DNA of 64,000 nt from NCBI GenBank assembly GCA_963727805.1, contig CAVSHF010000003.1:1376001-1440000 (forward strand). The letters are read 5' to 3'. Below are positions 9,617 to 20,121 of this stretch, one piece after another; the first letter of the stretch is position 1; each line of letters opens with the position of its first letter. This DNA is from an uncultured Nitrospiraceae bacterium (GTDB lineage: Bacteria; Nitrospirota; Thermodesulfovibrionia; Thermodesulfovibrionales; Dissulfurispiraceae). The notes under the pieces were generated by a model. That model searched no databases and had not been told where the DNA came from. It saw only the letters and a program-made list of their open reading frames with translations. The position numbers were made by a program, and so were the translations under genes.

Positions 9617-11413
9617 TTACATCAGGCTTTTTTTGCAGAAAAAATGCCGCAGATTCCCATTGTAATCGCCTGATATGATATCAAAAACCCCATTGTTCAA
9701 CGAAACAAATGGCGAACTGTGCTCGTTCATGCGGATATGGGACAGCAGACCAGTTTCTTGGAACCTGAGCGACTGGTAGTCAAGAGAAGCGCCTCCGATA
9801 TCGGCCTTGAAGGTCCGTATCCTGCCATCCTGCTGCCCAACAAAAAGGTAGACAGCCTGATCGTCTTTGACAACTGTTGGCGCGGAAAAACCGTTGACCT
9901 TTATATCGTTCAAGCCCCCTTCGATCCGTTCCCAGACAGGAAGCCCTTTTTTCATTTCTTTTATATGGTACACATAGACTCGACCGTCGGCGGCGCCGGA
10001 GATGAGTTGCCATTCCCCGTCTCCGTTGAGGTCAAATGCCACTGGGGTACTGTGTTCCTTTATATGTACCCCCTGAAAGAAACGCTCCCTCTCTTTCCAG
10101 GCCACTTTTTTCGTGCCAGTGTCGATAAAAGCACGAACATTTCCATTCCCCTGTCCCGTAACAAGCATGCTCTTCCCATCCCAACTGGTAAGTATTCCGC
10201 GAGAAAAGCCCTGTACCTTTATGCCGCTGAAATATCCGGGTCTCTCAATCCATGGGATGCCATGGTCAGCATTGGTATGCTCGAAAAGCCTGAGGGTCCC
10301 GTCCATGTTGCCTATCACCATATATGTCTTGGACCCAACACATGAAAGAGTTGGGGTGCAAACAGGACCTGCAAAAATCCTGTTGTTGAAGAGGCCCTCA
10401 TTTTTTCTTAGGGACGTAAAGTCACCTTTCGCGTTTTCATAATAGGAGAGCACCCCGTCGCCATCGGCCACAACAAGGTCAATTCTACCCCTATCCAAAA
10501 GACTCGCGAAAGCCGGCGATGCAAAGGTCTTTGACGTGACCGCGACTTTGATCTGCCTGGCAGAAAGTCTGCCTCCGTTCTTTCTTATCTCAAACAGAAA
10601 GAGTTTCCCCATACTGTTGCCTATAGCAAGAAATACTTTATCGCCGATTTTTTTTGCCGTTGGTACCGCATACATTCCGAAGTTGGCTTTGATAGGAGGG
10701 TTTGCATCTTTTATGAATTTCAAATCACGACCGGTTGAGACATTTTTGAAAAAAAATATCTTCCCTTCTGAATTGCATGCAATGATGTCGGGCTTACCGT
10801 CGAAATCGTAATCGGCTACTGTCACCGCCGCATCGTTTCCGATCGCGATGGAGAGGTCGTTAATCCTCTTCCACGAAGGATTGGTTACGCTTCCCTCGTT
10901 TCTGAAAAAGAACAGCTTTCCCGAATCCGAAGAGAATCCCCCCGTGCCGATAATGAGTTCAGCCTTGCCGTCTCCGTCCAGGTCCGCAAGGGCGGGAGAC
11001 GAAAAGGCACCTGCCTTTACGCCATCAAAGTATCCGAAGGTCTGTTGCCACGGGCGCACAAGGGGTTCTCCGGAATTTTTATACCGATAGACATACCCGT
11101 TTTTGTTGCCGACGACCATGTCCTGCATTCCATCACCATCAATATCAATGAAATTAATTCTCATAAAAGGCATATTCTCAATACCGCTTCTGTTGATGCT
11201 CGTCGTCGTATCCTCTTCGCACGGTTGTTCCTTCGGGGCAACCGGTTCTCTGACCTCAGGATGATAGACAACTTCAGGAAGTGGTTTTTCCGAAAGGATC
11301 TTTTTTTCAGGCGGTGGAACATAGACGTTCTCTTTTTGCGTGGCACATGAGGAAACAATGATGGCGAAAAAAAGGAATGCGGATTTAAGAAAACGAAGAA
11401 ATAGGTTATTCAC
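9617..11413 (-). CDS. FG-GAP/VCBS-repeat beta-propeller lipoprotein
   Basis: Lipobox IVSSC, Pro/Glu-rich linker, repeated DxDGDG/DxNGDG motifs (DIDGDG, DLDGDG, DFDGKPD, DLNGDG). Confidence 0.8.
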   Translation of the reverse strand: MNNLFLRFLKSAFLFFAIIVSSCATQKENVYVPPPEKKILSEKPLPEVVYHPEVREPVAPKEQPCEEDTTTSINRSGIENMPFMRINFIDIDGDGMQDMVVGNKNGYVYRYKNSGEPLVRPWQQTFGYFDGVKAGAFSSPALADLDGDGKAELIIGTGGFSSDSGKLFFFRNEGSVTNPSWKRINDLSIAIGNDAAVTVADYDFDGKPDIIACNSEGKIFFFKNVSTGRDLKFIKDANPPIKANFGMYAVPTAKKIGDKVFLAIGNSMGKLFLFEIRKNGGRLSARQIKVAVTSKTFASPAFASLLDRGRIDLVVADGDGVLSYYENAKGDFTSLRKNEGLFNNRIFAGPVCTPTLSCVGSKTYMVIGNMDGTLRLFEHTNADHGIPWIERPGYFSGIKVQGFSRGILTSWDGKSMLVTGQGNGNVRAFIDTGTKKVAWKERERFFQGVHIKEHSTPVAFDLNGDGEWQLISGAADGRVYVYHIKEMKKGLPVWERIEGGLNDIKVNGFSAPTVVKDDQAVYLFVGQQDGRIRTFKADIGGASLDYQSLRFQETGLLSHIRMNEHSSPFVSLNNGVFDIISGDYNGNLRHFFCKKSLM

Positions 11414-11436
11414 AACAAGCTACCTGCCTCTGCATA

Positions 11437-11470
11437 AAAAATAAGGGGCGGGAGGACATCCCACCCCTAC
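11437..11470 (-). terminator. Rho-independent terminator after the OmpA-family gene
   Basis: Minus strand GGGGTGGGA-TGTCC-TCCCGCCCC followed by TTATTTTT. Confidence 0.7.
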
Positions 11471-11500
11471 CGTTAAACCTATTATACCTTATTTTATACC

Positions 11501-12280
11501 TTATTTTACGACGATCTCGAAATGGACCCTCCTGTTGGATTTCATGCATTCATCGTTCTTATTCTTGGGGGTCGGATTCTCCTCGCACAAAGGCCTCGTT
11601 TTACCGTATGCGATTGTAGTCATCCGTGACTCGTCAATGCCGCCTTCTTTCGCAAGGAATTCCTTCACGGCACCGGCCCTTCTCTCGCTGAGCCTCATGT
11701 TGTAATCATCGGCTCCATGCTGACAAGTATTGCCCTCTATCCTGACCGAAGTCCCAGGATTAGCCTTCAGGGTCTCAATATTCTTTTTGAGTATACCTTG
11801 AGCCTCAGAAGTGAGAGTTGCCTTGTCGAAATCGAAATGTACATCATCGAGAATTATAGGCTTGGGCTCCACTTTCGCAGCAGCTGGCAGTACTTCTTTT
11901 TTCGGCTCCGGTGCGGGCACAGTGACAGGAGCAGGGACCGGCGGAACCGGTTTCAGCGGGCAGAGTGCCTTAATTTTGTCCATCGCTTCCCTAGCCATAT
12001 CTATAGCTTCCTGCGTATGGCATGCCATATAGGCCTCATATGCCTTATCTACCATATCTTTTGCCGCATTAAATTCTGCCGGACATTCCTTATCTTTGCC
12101 CGCCGTGCGAGCCTGATCCAGCGCTCGATCTGCGTTGACTAATTCCGAGGGATAGTACAAATATCCGGATCTGTATTCGGGTCTCTTCTCCATATTGGCG
12201 CATCCGACCAGCAAAAAGACAGAAAGAATAAGCATAAACACAAATAGGACTCTTCTTAAAACAATCTCATTCATATACAT
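11501..12280 (-). CDS. OmpA-family lipoprotein
   Basis: Lipobox LLVGC, Pro-rich linker, C-terminal OmpA domain (VHFDFDK, YNMRLSERRA, NRRV). Confidence 0.88.
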   Translation of the reverse strand: MYMNEIVLRRVLFVFMLILSVFLLVGCANMEKRPEYRSGYLYYPSELVNADRALDQARTAGKDKECPAEFNAAKDMVDKAYEAYMACHTQEAIDMAREAMDKIKALCPLKPVPPVPAPVTVPAPEPKKEVLPAAAKVEPKPIILDDVHFDFDKATLTSEAQGILKKNIETLKANPGTSVRIEGNTCQHGADDYNMRLSERRAGAVKEFLAKEGGIDESRMTTIAYGKTRPLCEENPTPKNKNDECMKSNRRVHFEIVVK

Positions 12281-12624
12281 ACCTCCGTTTCTTTAGTTTT
12301 CAAAACAATCACAATCAGCCGCGAAACAAAACTTGATATAACCTCCTTTCTTGTCAAATAGGTTGAGTATCCTCAGGAGCACTGGCTCCTTCAGAAAATC
12401 CGTTTGCAAACCATCACTTCGACTCCTCCTTATCGTTTAAATCACAAATTTTATTATCACCCTCCGTTTGACCCAAACGCACCCTACATACAAGATATCA
12501 AATTTGAAGGTCTCTTACAATTCTTTCCTCTAGCGCGGTTATTGTTTTAAGCATTATTATTGAACCATTCTGAAGCAGTAGATAATTCTGAGATCATTTT
12601 CCTCCCTTCACGCAGAAGGGATTA

Positions 12625-13437
12625 TCATCCGCTCCTCTGCCGCACCGCTTCATAGAGACATACGGCTGCGGCAATGGCTACGTTCAAACTCTCCGCCTTG
12701 CCCGGAATCGGTATTTTTACAGACTCTATTGTCTTCGATCTCAGGACTTCGCTAACGCCGCGAGATTCGTTGCCGAAAACAAAAGCAACAGGTTTGCTTA
12801 AATCGCTCTCATAAAGAGACCTCCGAGCCCGAATATCGGTAACGATCAGATCAAGCGTCTTTAAAGCGACGTACTCGAGAAACTCGGAATATCCGCATAT
12901 TATTACGGGAATATTGAATATGCTGCCGGCCGTCGCCCTCACTGTTTTTGGAGACAAGGGGTCGCACGTTCCCGGTAGCATAACGACAGCGTCAGCGCCT
13001 GCGGCATCGGCAACTCTGATGATAGTCCCCAGGTTGCCGGGATCCTGAATGCCGTCGCACGCCGCAATAAGTGACTTCCCTGACACAACCAGCTCGCGAA
13101 ACTTGCACGGATTATGAGCAACAAGTGCGACAATACCCTGCGAGGATTCGGTGTCGGATATCCGTAACATAATCTCATCCGGAACCTCCACACGCACTTC
13201 GGGGGGCGACTGCATAACGGCCAGTTGAGTAAGAAGCATTTTCCCCTCTTCCTTGCGCATAAAGGTCTCAGTATGGAAGACCTCTTTGATCAGGATAGAG
13301 GCCGAAGCCGCCATTCCGACAAGATGAGGCCCCTCCACGAGAAACAGCTCTTCAGCTGAGCCTAGTTTCCTCTTCTTTACTTCGATCGCTTTCCTGATGA
13401 GCGGATTTGAAAGACTCGTGATTCTCTTGTATCTCAT
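12625..13437 (-). CDS. TrmH/SpoU-family RNA methyltransferase
   Basis: QDPGNLGTIIR, FGNESRG, ESLNVAIAA. Confidence 0.92.
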   Translation of the reverse strand: MRYKRITSLSNPLIRKAIEVKKRKLGSAEELFLVEGPHLVGMAASASILIKEVFHTETFMRKEEGKMLLTQLAVMQSPPEVRVEVPDEIMLRISDTESSQGIVALVAHNPCKFRELVVSGKSLIAACDGIQDPGNLGTIIRVADAAGADAVVMLPGTCDPLSPKTVRATAGSIFNIPVIICGYSEFLEYVALKTLDLIVTDIRARRSLYESDLSKPVAFVFGNESRGVSEVLRSKTIESVKIPIPGKAESLNVAIAAAVCLYEAVRQRSG

Positions 13438-13483
13438 TTTGAATTCCTTTCATCGTGATTATAAGTCTTGGGCGAAGTGATAG

Positions 13484-14320
13484 TTATAAAGTCACTTTGA
13501 ACGGTGACGGGACAAAGGTGATGATAAAGATGATCAAAGCGATGAAGCCTATTGTTTTTCTTCGCCTGTCGAGCGGCAACTCCCAGTAGAGTACCGGCGG
13601 ATGCTTTATTCCCAGGAGTAGCATCAGACCCGCCCAGAAAGCCCATCCCTCCCAGAAGAATATTCCCATAACCACAAGGATGACAATGAGGACGATGGAT
13701 ACATTTTTATGCTTGTCACCGAAAAGTGCGAAGGCAATATGTCCACCGTCGAGCTGTCCCACAGGAATGAGGTTGAGAGATGTTACGAAGAGACCAATCC
13801 ACCCTGCAAAGGCAACCGGATGCAACAGGATCTCTGCATTGTCGGGAGTGATACCAAGGATAACCCTTGAAAGACATGAGAACAAAAGAGAATCTCCGAG
13901 AGTGAGCACTCCCTCTGAAGTGGAAATTGTTACAACTGTTGACATACCAAGACCCGCAATGCAGGCAAATACAGAAACGACAAATCCCGCGAGAGGCCCT
14001 GATGCACCGATATCGATGAGAGCCCTCCGCGTGACAATAGGGGACTTCATCTTAATAAAAGCACCGAATGTACCAAAAAATGTGGGCGCCGGAATGAAAT
14101 AAGGCAGTGTCGCAATCGTATGATGTTTCTTTGCTGCGAGGTAATGAGACAGCTCATGGATCAGGAGTATCGTCATCAAAGTAACTGCAAAGGGGAACCC
14201 TTCGATGATGCGTTGAGGTTCTTGCAGAATATTGATACCCTTCTGAAGAGCGCCCGCAGCAAGCGTCGTCAGAAATGTGATAATGAAGAGTATCAGATGG
14301 AGTATGGGAATCTTTTTCAT
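13484..14320 (-). CDS. Site-2 protease family (M50) membrane metalloprotease
   Basis: HELSH and NLIPVGQLDGGH motifs, multiple TM segments. Confidence 0.92.
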   Translation of the reverse strand: MKKIPILHLILFIITFLTTLAAGALQKGINILQEPQRIIEGFPFAVTLMTILLIHELSHYLAAKKHHTIATLPYFIPAPTFFGTFGAFIKMKSPIVTRRALIDIGASGPLAGFVVSVFACIAGLGMSTVVTISTSEGVLTLGDSLLFSCLSRVILGITPDNAEILLHPVAFAGWIGLFVTSLNLIPVGQLDGGHIAFALFGDKHKNVSIVLIVILVVMGIFFWEGWAFWAGLMLLLGIKHPPVLYWELPLDRRRKTIGFIALIIFIITFVPSPFKVTL

Positions 14321-14330
14321 TTAGGGACCG

Positions 14331-15710
14331 TCAATCTTCGACCAAAATACCCTTCACATCATAATCATAGGCACCGACGATTTCAACATATGCAAATTCC
14401 CCAATCTTTAGTTCTGACTTCCGACTGTTTAACTCCTCATCGCAACCTCTTAGTTTAAGATGGCGAACAGGGGAATTATCGACTATGACCACTCCGTCTA
14501 TCTCCGGCGTATGAGAGCAGAGCCTGCCTATAATGACATCCTTATCGACTTCATCTATTATTACCCTAAACCTCTTTCCGACAAGATCCCTATTCTTTTC
14601 AAGCGAGATGGCAGCCTGACGACTCATGATCTCGTCAAGCCTCCGTTTCTTGACTCTTTCGGGTATCTGCCCCTTTAACTTCGCCGACGGAGTGCCTTCC
14701 TCTTTAGAAAAGGTAAAGACCCCAAGCCTCTCGAATCTCATTTCCTCGATGAAATCGACGAGTCCCCTGAAGTCCTCTTCGGTTTCCGAAGGGAAGCCGA
14801 CGATAAATGTTGTTCGCAGGGTAACGCCGGGTATTTTACGCCTGATCGTCCTGATGAGCTTCGTATATTCCTTGCGCGTGCCGCGCCTGCCCATAAGCCT
14901 TAGCAGACGGTCTTCAGAATGCTGAAGCGGGATATCGAGATATTTACATATTTTTTCTTCGGTCACAATAAGATTGAGGAGATCGTCCGTTATCTCGGTC
15001 GGGTAGAGGTATAAAAGTCTGATTCGGAAATCACCTTCGATCGACACCATGTCCCTAAGCAGCGCAATAAGGTCGTACTCCTTCCACTCCTTACCATAAT
15101 TAGTTATGTCCTGTGCCACAAGGATGAGTTCCTTCACGCCACTCCGGACATACGTGTGCGCTTCTTCGAGGATTGACTTGCGCGTAATACTCCTAAATGT
15201 TCCCCTTATCGACGGGATGACACAGAAAGTGCATTTCTTGTCACACCCTTCGGCGATCTTAAGATACGCAAAAGATGACGCAGCTTCACTGCTTCTACCT
15301 TTAGGCTTTTGGACTCTGATTTCTGACTTCTGATTCCTGACTTCCGGCCGTTTTTCAACATTCATACAATATTCGATAATCGCCCTCTCCTCACCTACTC
15401 CCCAGATGCCATCTATTTCAGGTATCTCTTTGAGAAGCTCATCCATGTATCTCTGGGCCAAGCACCCGAAGACGAGGAGTTTCTTCATATCCCTCCCGCT
15501 GCTACTCTTGAGTCTCGAGAGTTCCAATATCTCAGAGATCGACTCTTCCTTTGCGTCCCTGATGAATCCGCACGTATTCACCAGAATGATATCGGCATCC
15601 TCAGGTGCATTAACGGAAATAAGGCCCTCTGAAACAAAGGACTCCAGCAGATGGCGCGAGTCCACCATGTTTTTAGGGCAACCTAGAGTGGTAAGATAAA
15701 AAGCGGTCAT
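14331..15710 (-). CDS. rimO: Ribosomal protein S12 methylthiotransferase RimO
   Basis: LGCPKNMVDS, VNTCGFI, EGCDKKCTFC radical-SAM motif, PEIDG TRAM domain. Confidence 0.95.
   Translation of the reverse strand: MTAFYLTTLGCPKNMVDSRHLLESFVSEGLISVNAPEDADIILVNTCGFIRDAKEESISEILELSRLKSSSGRDMKKLLVFGCLAQRYMDELLKEIPEIDGIWGVGEERAIIEYCMNVEKRPEVRNQKSEIRVQKPKGRSSEAASSFAYLKIAEGCDKKCTFCVIPSIRGTFRSITRKSILEEAHTYVRSGVKELILVAQDITNYGKEWKEYDLIALLRDMVSIEGDFRIRLLYLYPTEITDDLLNLIVTEEKICKYLDIPLQHSEDRLLRLMGRRGTRKEYTKLIRTIRRKIPGVTLRTTFIVGFPSETEEDFRGLVDFIEEMRFERLGVFTFSKEEGTPSAKLKGQIPERVKKRRLDEIMSRQAAISLEKNRDLVGKRFRVIIDEVDKDVIIGRLCSHTPEIDGVVIVDNSPVRHLKLRGCDEELNSRKSELKIGEFAYVEIVGAYDYDVKGILVED
15315..15342 (+). repeat. Heptamer tandem repeat (T/C)CTGA(T/C)T x4 inside rimO
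   Basis: tctgatt tctgact tctgatt cctgact read directly. Confidence 0.8.
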
Positions 15711-16150
15711 TGGGTCCTTCCCACTTTCCTTTGTCTGACAATCGCATAATAGATCAGGGCATACCCAACAACCCCGCAGACCAGCCCAAGGAATACGGAC
15801 CCAACAATAAAAGGCGGCAATATCGGTTCCAGGTCTCTAATAAGCTCGGATATTCCCATAGAATGCCAGTTAATGTCCGGCAAAATATGCTCCAGTCCCA
15901 GCAGCCTTCCTCCTAGCCAGGTGGCAAAGGTAAATATTGGAACAATCGTCCACGGATTAGTAACGTACACTCCCACTATTGTAACAAATTTATTCAGCCT
16001 AAAAAGCCACGCTGCAAGTATGCCAAGGATGGTATGAAGACCGAGCAGTGGAGACATTCCGAGGAATATGCCGATCGCGAAGGACAGGGCAATCTTGCGG
16101 GGAGAGTCTTTGACCCCGATGACCTGCCGCAGTTTATCCCGGAGGGCCAA
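15707..16150 (-). CDS. DUF2062 membrane protein
   Basis: DSPRKIALSFAIG, P.LGLH, TNPWT motifs. Confidence 0.85.
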   Translation of the reverse strand: MALRDKLRQVIGVKDSPRKIALSFAIGIFLGMSPLLGLHTILGILAAWLFRLNKFVTIVGVYVTNPWTIVPIFTFATWLGGRLLGLEHILPDINWHSMGISELIRDLEPILPPFIVGSVFLGLVCGVVGYALIYYAIVRQRKVGRTQ

Positions 16151-17255
16151 AGTGCTGATATCCTTCCGCTTTCAGTGCTGACTTCCTTCCCTCTTTATTA
16201 ACTAATGCTCTCTCCTCGCGCGTGATTTCACCGATACAGGATACTTTTGTATCGTGTGCCTGGTTATACGATTCCAACGGAAAATCGGGAGCGGTGAAAA
16301 GAATCTCGTAATCCTCCCCTCCCGATGAGGCAAAGTCAAGAGGGTCTCTGTCCAATAATCCCGATACCTCTTTGAGTCCTTCTGAGAGGGGGATTTTGTC
16401 TAGGTATACAATGGCGCCAGTCCCGCTCTCGTCGCAGATCCTGGACAGGTCTATAAAGAGTCCATCGCTCACATCGAGCATGGAGGAAGCATAAGGTGCC
16501 ATATATTGGGAATCCCTCGCCACAGGCATGAGATGCCGGACCAAGAGGGGCCTGGCAGTCTCCCATTTTATCGTGATCATGCCATCACCTTTTTTCAATT
16601 CCAATCTATCAGGATCCCCTCCTGCCAGCTGCAAGGGCATATCGCTATACTCTTCTGCTTCCGCATTTTGTCTCCAATGTCTGATCTTCTTTATTCTTTC
16701 TTTCCCCTCGTTATTGAGCCGTCTCAATATCTCAAGCCCGCAGGCCGAGTCTCCCGTCGACGATGTGAGATAAATCCTGTCGCCGGGGATCGCACCAGCT
16801 CGTGTAACAATCCTCTCGCCGTCGCCGATTACTGTCGCCGAAAGAATGGTGTCGCACCTCGCCGCACAGAGATCTCCACCCAAGAGCTGCACTCGGTAAA
16901 GACACAGGGCCTGCTCTATTCCGTCATAGATCCCTTTGAAAAATTCGTCATCTGCAGCGCGCGTAAAAGCGAGATCGATGAAGAGGTACTTCGGGACCCC
17001 TCCCATGGCCATAATATCGCTCACATTAACCGATACGATTTTAAATCCCAAATGAAAGGGCGAGGTATAGCCCAGATCGAAATGGACCCCCTCGTTCATC
17101 ATATCCGTGGTGACGATAGTTTTTTTATGATGAGGGGCGATCACTGAGGCGTCATCGCCGATACCGACGACGACACCTTTTTCATCCGGACTGAGTCTAA
17201 ACCTTTCTCTTACTTCTTTGAGAAGTCTTAACTCTCCTGTCTGAAAGAGCCGCAT
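16134..17255 (-). CDS. thiL: Thiamine-monophosphate kinase
   Basis: [48 protein letters not shown]. Likely start ATG 17255. Confidence 0.93.
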   Translation of the reverse strand: MRLFQTGELRLLKEVRERFRLSPDEKGVVVGIGDDASVIAPHHKKTIVTTDMMNEGVHFDLGYTSPFHLGFKIVSVNVSDIMAMGGVPKYLFIDLAFTRAADDEFFKGIYDGIEQALCLYRVQLLGGDLCAARCDTILSATVIGDGERIVTRAGAIPGDRIYLTSSTGDSACGLEILRRLNNEGKERIKKIRHWRQNAEAEEYSDMPLQLAGGDPDRLELKKGDGMITIKWETARPLLVRHLMPVARDSQYMAPYASSMLDVSDGLFIDLSRICDESGTGAIVYLDKIPLSEGLKEVSGLLDRDPLDFASSGGEDYEILFTAPDFPLESYNQAHDTKVSCIGEITREERALVNKEGRKSALKAEGYQHFGPPG

Positions 17256-19713
17256 TCCTAGTAGTTGCAATTTTTATTTTTTTTGCGCCCCTGCTGTTTC
17301 CCGACTGTGCATGAGCAACTTTCTTCTGTTTCGCAGCCGGGAACGAGGCTTTTTTTTGTTCCACAAGGGTAGTCTTAAGCACCTCATCGACAGTATCAAC
17401 GATCACAAAATTCATACCTTCCTTCACATAGGTCGGCAGGTCATCAAGGTCTTTCTTGTTCCTCTTCGGCAGCACAACCGTCTTGATCCCCATTCTTTTG
17501 GCGGCAAGGGTCTTCTCCTTAAGGCCACCGATAGGAAGCACCCTGCCACGGAGGGTGATTTCTCCGGTCATCGCAACATCGCGCCGTACCTGCCTGCCGG
17601 TGAATGCAGATGCTATGGCCGTCGCCATCGTGATGCCCGCAGAAGGTCCGTCCTTAGGGATCGCTCCCGCCGGGACATGAATATGCAGGTCGCTTTGTGA
17701 AAAAGCATCGGCACTTATGCCGAGTTCCTTTTCCTTTGATCGCACATAGCTTAATGCTGCCTGGGCCGATTCCTTCATGACGTCGCCAAGTTGCCCGGTG
17801 AGGGTCAATATGCCCTTCCCCTTCATCAGCGTCGCTTCGATAAATATGACATCGCCGCCTGCCTCGGTCCAGGCAAGGCCGGTCGCAACGCCGACCTCGT
17901 TTCGTTTCATTTCCTCTTCAGGTAGGTACTTGGGAATGCCGAGGTATTTCGAGATGTTATTGGCGGTCATACTGAATACCTTAGCCTTACCCTCTGCCAC
18001 CCGCTTTGCAACCTTTCTACACAGGTTTGCGATTTCCCTCTCGAGGTTACGCACTCCCGCCTCGCGTGTATAGTGCGAGATGATACGGCCTATGGCCGAG
18101 TCGTTGATCTTCAACAGCTTTGTGGTGATTCCGTGCTCCTCAAGCTGTTTCGGTACGAGGTACTTCTTAGCAATTTGCAGTTTCTCCTCGTCCGTATAAC
18201 CCGATAGATAGAGTATCTCCATGCGATCCCTGAGTGGTCCAGGGATAGTGTCGGTCAGGTTGCCTGTCGTTATGAACATTACCCTAGAAAGATCAAAAGG
18301 CACAGCAAGGTAATGGTCCATAAAAGAATTGTTCTGCTCAGGATCGAGCACCTCAAGGAGCGCCGAAGAGGGATCGCCCCTGAAGTCTGAGCCGATCTTG
18401 TCGATTTCATCGAGCATAACAACAGGATTATTTGTTCCCGCCTGTTTGATACCCTGGATGATCCTGCCTGGAAGGGCGCCAACATAGGTCCGCCGGTGGC
18501 CGCGTATCTCGGCCTCGTCACGAACACCACCGAGCGACATCCTGATAAATTCTCTTCCAAGAGACCGCGCAATGGAGCGCCCAAGAGAGGTCTTTCCTAC
18601 GCCGGGAGGCCCGATAAAACAAAGGATGGGACCCTTCATCTTCTCTTTGAGTTTTCTAACGCTCAGGTATTCAAGAATCCTTTCTTTGACCTTTTCGAGG
18701 TCGTAATGATCTTCGTTCAGCACCTTGTCGGCCAGCTTGATATCAAGCTGATCCTTAGTGCTCTTGGACCAAGGCAATTCGGTCAGCCATTCAAGATAGG
18801 TCCTTATCGTACCCGCCTCGGCGCTATCAGGATGCATCTTTTCGAGCCTCTTCAACTGCTTCTCAGCTTCCTTCATGACCTTTTCCGGCATTTTGGCGTC
18901 TTCAATCTTTTTCCTGAATTCGCTGACTTCTTCAGCGCGCTCGTCGATATCACCAAGCTCCCGCTGGATAGCCTTAAGCTGCTCCCGCAGGAAATATTCC
19001 CTCTGTGTCTTGTCGATCTCTCCCCGTGCCTCGGTCTGAATCTTCTGCTGTATCGTAAGCAGCTGTATCTCCCTGGCCAGTATCTCGCTGATGCGCTTGA
19101 GCCGACCAACTGGATCAGCCATCTCGAGGATTTCCTGAGCCTGCTCGGTCCTGAGCCCAAGGTTCGACGCAATTAGGTCTGCAAGCCTCCCCGGGTCGTC
19201 GATATTCTCTATAACTACCATGACATCCGGCAGTATTGTCCTGCCAAGGGTGACCGCCTTATCGAGCTGTTCTTTGACGTTCCTGATAAGAGCCTCGTTT
19301 TCGAGAGAGACTCCCTCCGACTTCTGCTCTGGCAACTTCTCGATATTCGCAATGAAAAAGGGGTCAGCCTGCGTAAAATCGATGGCCTTGACCTTGCTCA
19401 AGCCTTGGACGAGTATCTTGACCCTGCCATCAGGCAATTTCAACATGCGGATGATCATGCATACCGTGCCGACCGAATAGAGATCGTCGGGCGTCGGCGA
19501 TTCAATATTAATATCCTTCTGACTCATAAGGACGACCATGCGGTTCGTATTCAGCGCATGGTCAATCGCTTTGATCGAAATATCCCTTCCGACAAACAGA
19601 GGAATTATCATATAGGGGAAAACCACTATATCTCTGACAGGCAGGACAGGGAGCGATCCCGGTATCTCAACCTCTTTCTCAGATACTTCTTCGTATTTTT
19701 CAGCCTCGCTCAT
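17197..19713 (-). CDS. lon: ATP-dependent Lon protease
   Basis: LON N domain, [32 protein letters not shown]. Confidence 0.98.
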   Translation of the reverse strand: MSEAEKYEEVSEKEVEIPGSLPVLPVRDIVVFPYMIIPLFVGRDISIKAIDHALNTNRMVVLMSQKDINIESPTPDDLYSVGTVCMIIRMLKLPDGRVKILVQGLSKVKAIDFTQADPFFIANIEKLPEQKSEGVSLENEALIRNVKEQLDKAVTLGRTILPDVMVVIENIDDPGRLADLIASNLGLRTEQAQEILEMADPVGRLKRISEILAREIQLLTIQQKIQTEARGEIDKTQREYFLREQLKAIQRELGDIDERAEEVSEFRKKIEDAKMPEKVMKEAEKQLKRLEKMHPDSAEAGTIRTYLEWLTELPWSKSTKDQLDIKLADKVLNEDHYDLEKVKERILEYLSVRKLKEKMKGPILCFIGPPGVGKTSLGRSIARSLGREFIRMSLGGVRDEAEIRGHRRTYVGALPGRIIQGIKQAGTNNPVVMLDEIDKIGSDFRGDPSSALLEVLDPEQNNSFMDHYLAVPFDLSRVMFITTGNLTDTIPGPLRDRMEILYLSGYTDEEKLQIAKKYLVPKQLEEHGITTKLLKINDSAIGRIISHYTREAGVRNLEREIANLCRKVAKRVAEGKAKVFSMTANNISKYLGIPKYLPEEEMKRNEVGVATGLAWTEAGGDVIFIEATLMKGKGILTLTGQLGDVMKESAQAALSYVRSKEKELGISADAFSQSDLHIHVPAGAIPKDGPSAGITMATAIASAFTGRQVRRDVAMTGEITLRGRVLPIGGLKEKTLAAKRMGIKTVVLPKRNKKDLDDLPTYVKEGMNFVIVDTVDEVLKTTLVEQKKASFPAAKQKKVAHAQSGNSRGAKKIKIATTRNAALSDRRVKTSQRSKRKV

Positions 19714-19731
19714 TGCACTCCTCCGAATGGA

Positions 19732-20121
19732 TCAATTTCCCTTTCTCTCTATTGAAACCCTGATCAATTTACCCTTCAGCTTCGGAAATTTTACTTTAAG
19801 CACCCCTTCGCTATAGCTTGCAACAGCTGCAAGCGTATTGACAAGAACAGGAAGCTTTACTACCCTTCTGAAACCTTTAGGACTCCGCTCCATGCAGAGA
19901 TATTTAAAACCTCCCGGGAACATCTCCTGATCGCTCTCCTGAAAGCCCGCGCTTTCGATGAGCAGTAGATCTTCATAAACCCTTATGGACAGCCTTGAAA
20001 GATCCGCACCCGGAAGGTCGACGTCACAGACCAAGTAATCCCCAGTTTCATAAAGATCAATGAGGGGGTCGCTGCATGACTCGACCTCATAAAAAAATAA
20101 CCCCTTCAAAACTTTCTTCAT
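19732..20121 (-). CDS. Hsp20/alpha-crystallin family protein
   Basis: PLIDLYET, VDLPG, MER..GFRRVVKLP, ASYSEGVLKV.PK; directly upstream of lon. Confidence 0.85.
   Translation of the reverse strand: MKKVLKGLFFYEVESCSDPLIDLYETGDYLVCDVDLPGADLSRLSIRVYEDLLLIESAGFQESDQEMFPGGFKYLCMERSPKGFRRVVKLPVLVNTLAAVASYSEGVLKVKFPKLKGKLIRVSIERKGN

Noticed and set aside
11480..11510. Short direct duplication TTATACCTTATT at the OmpA stop
   Set aside because: Two AT-rich copies only; likely local slippage with no evident function.
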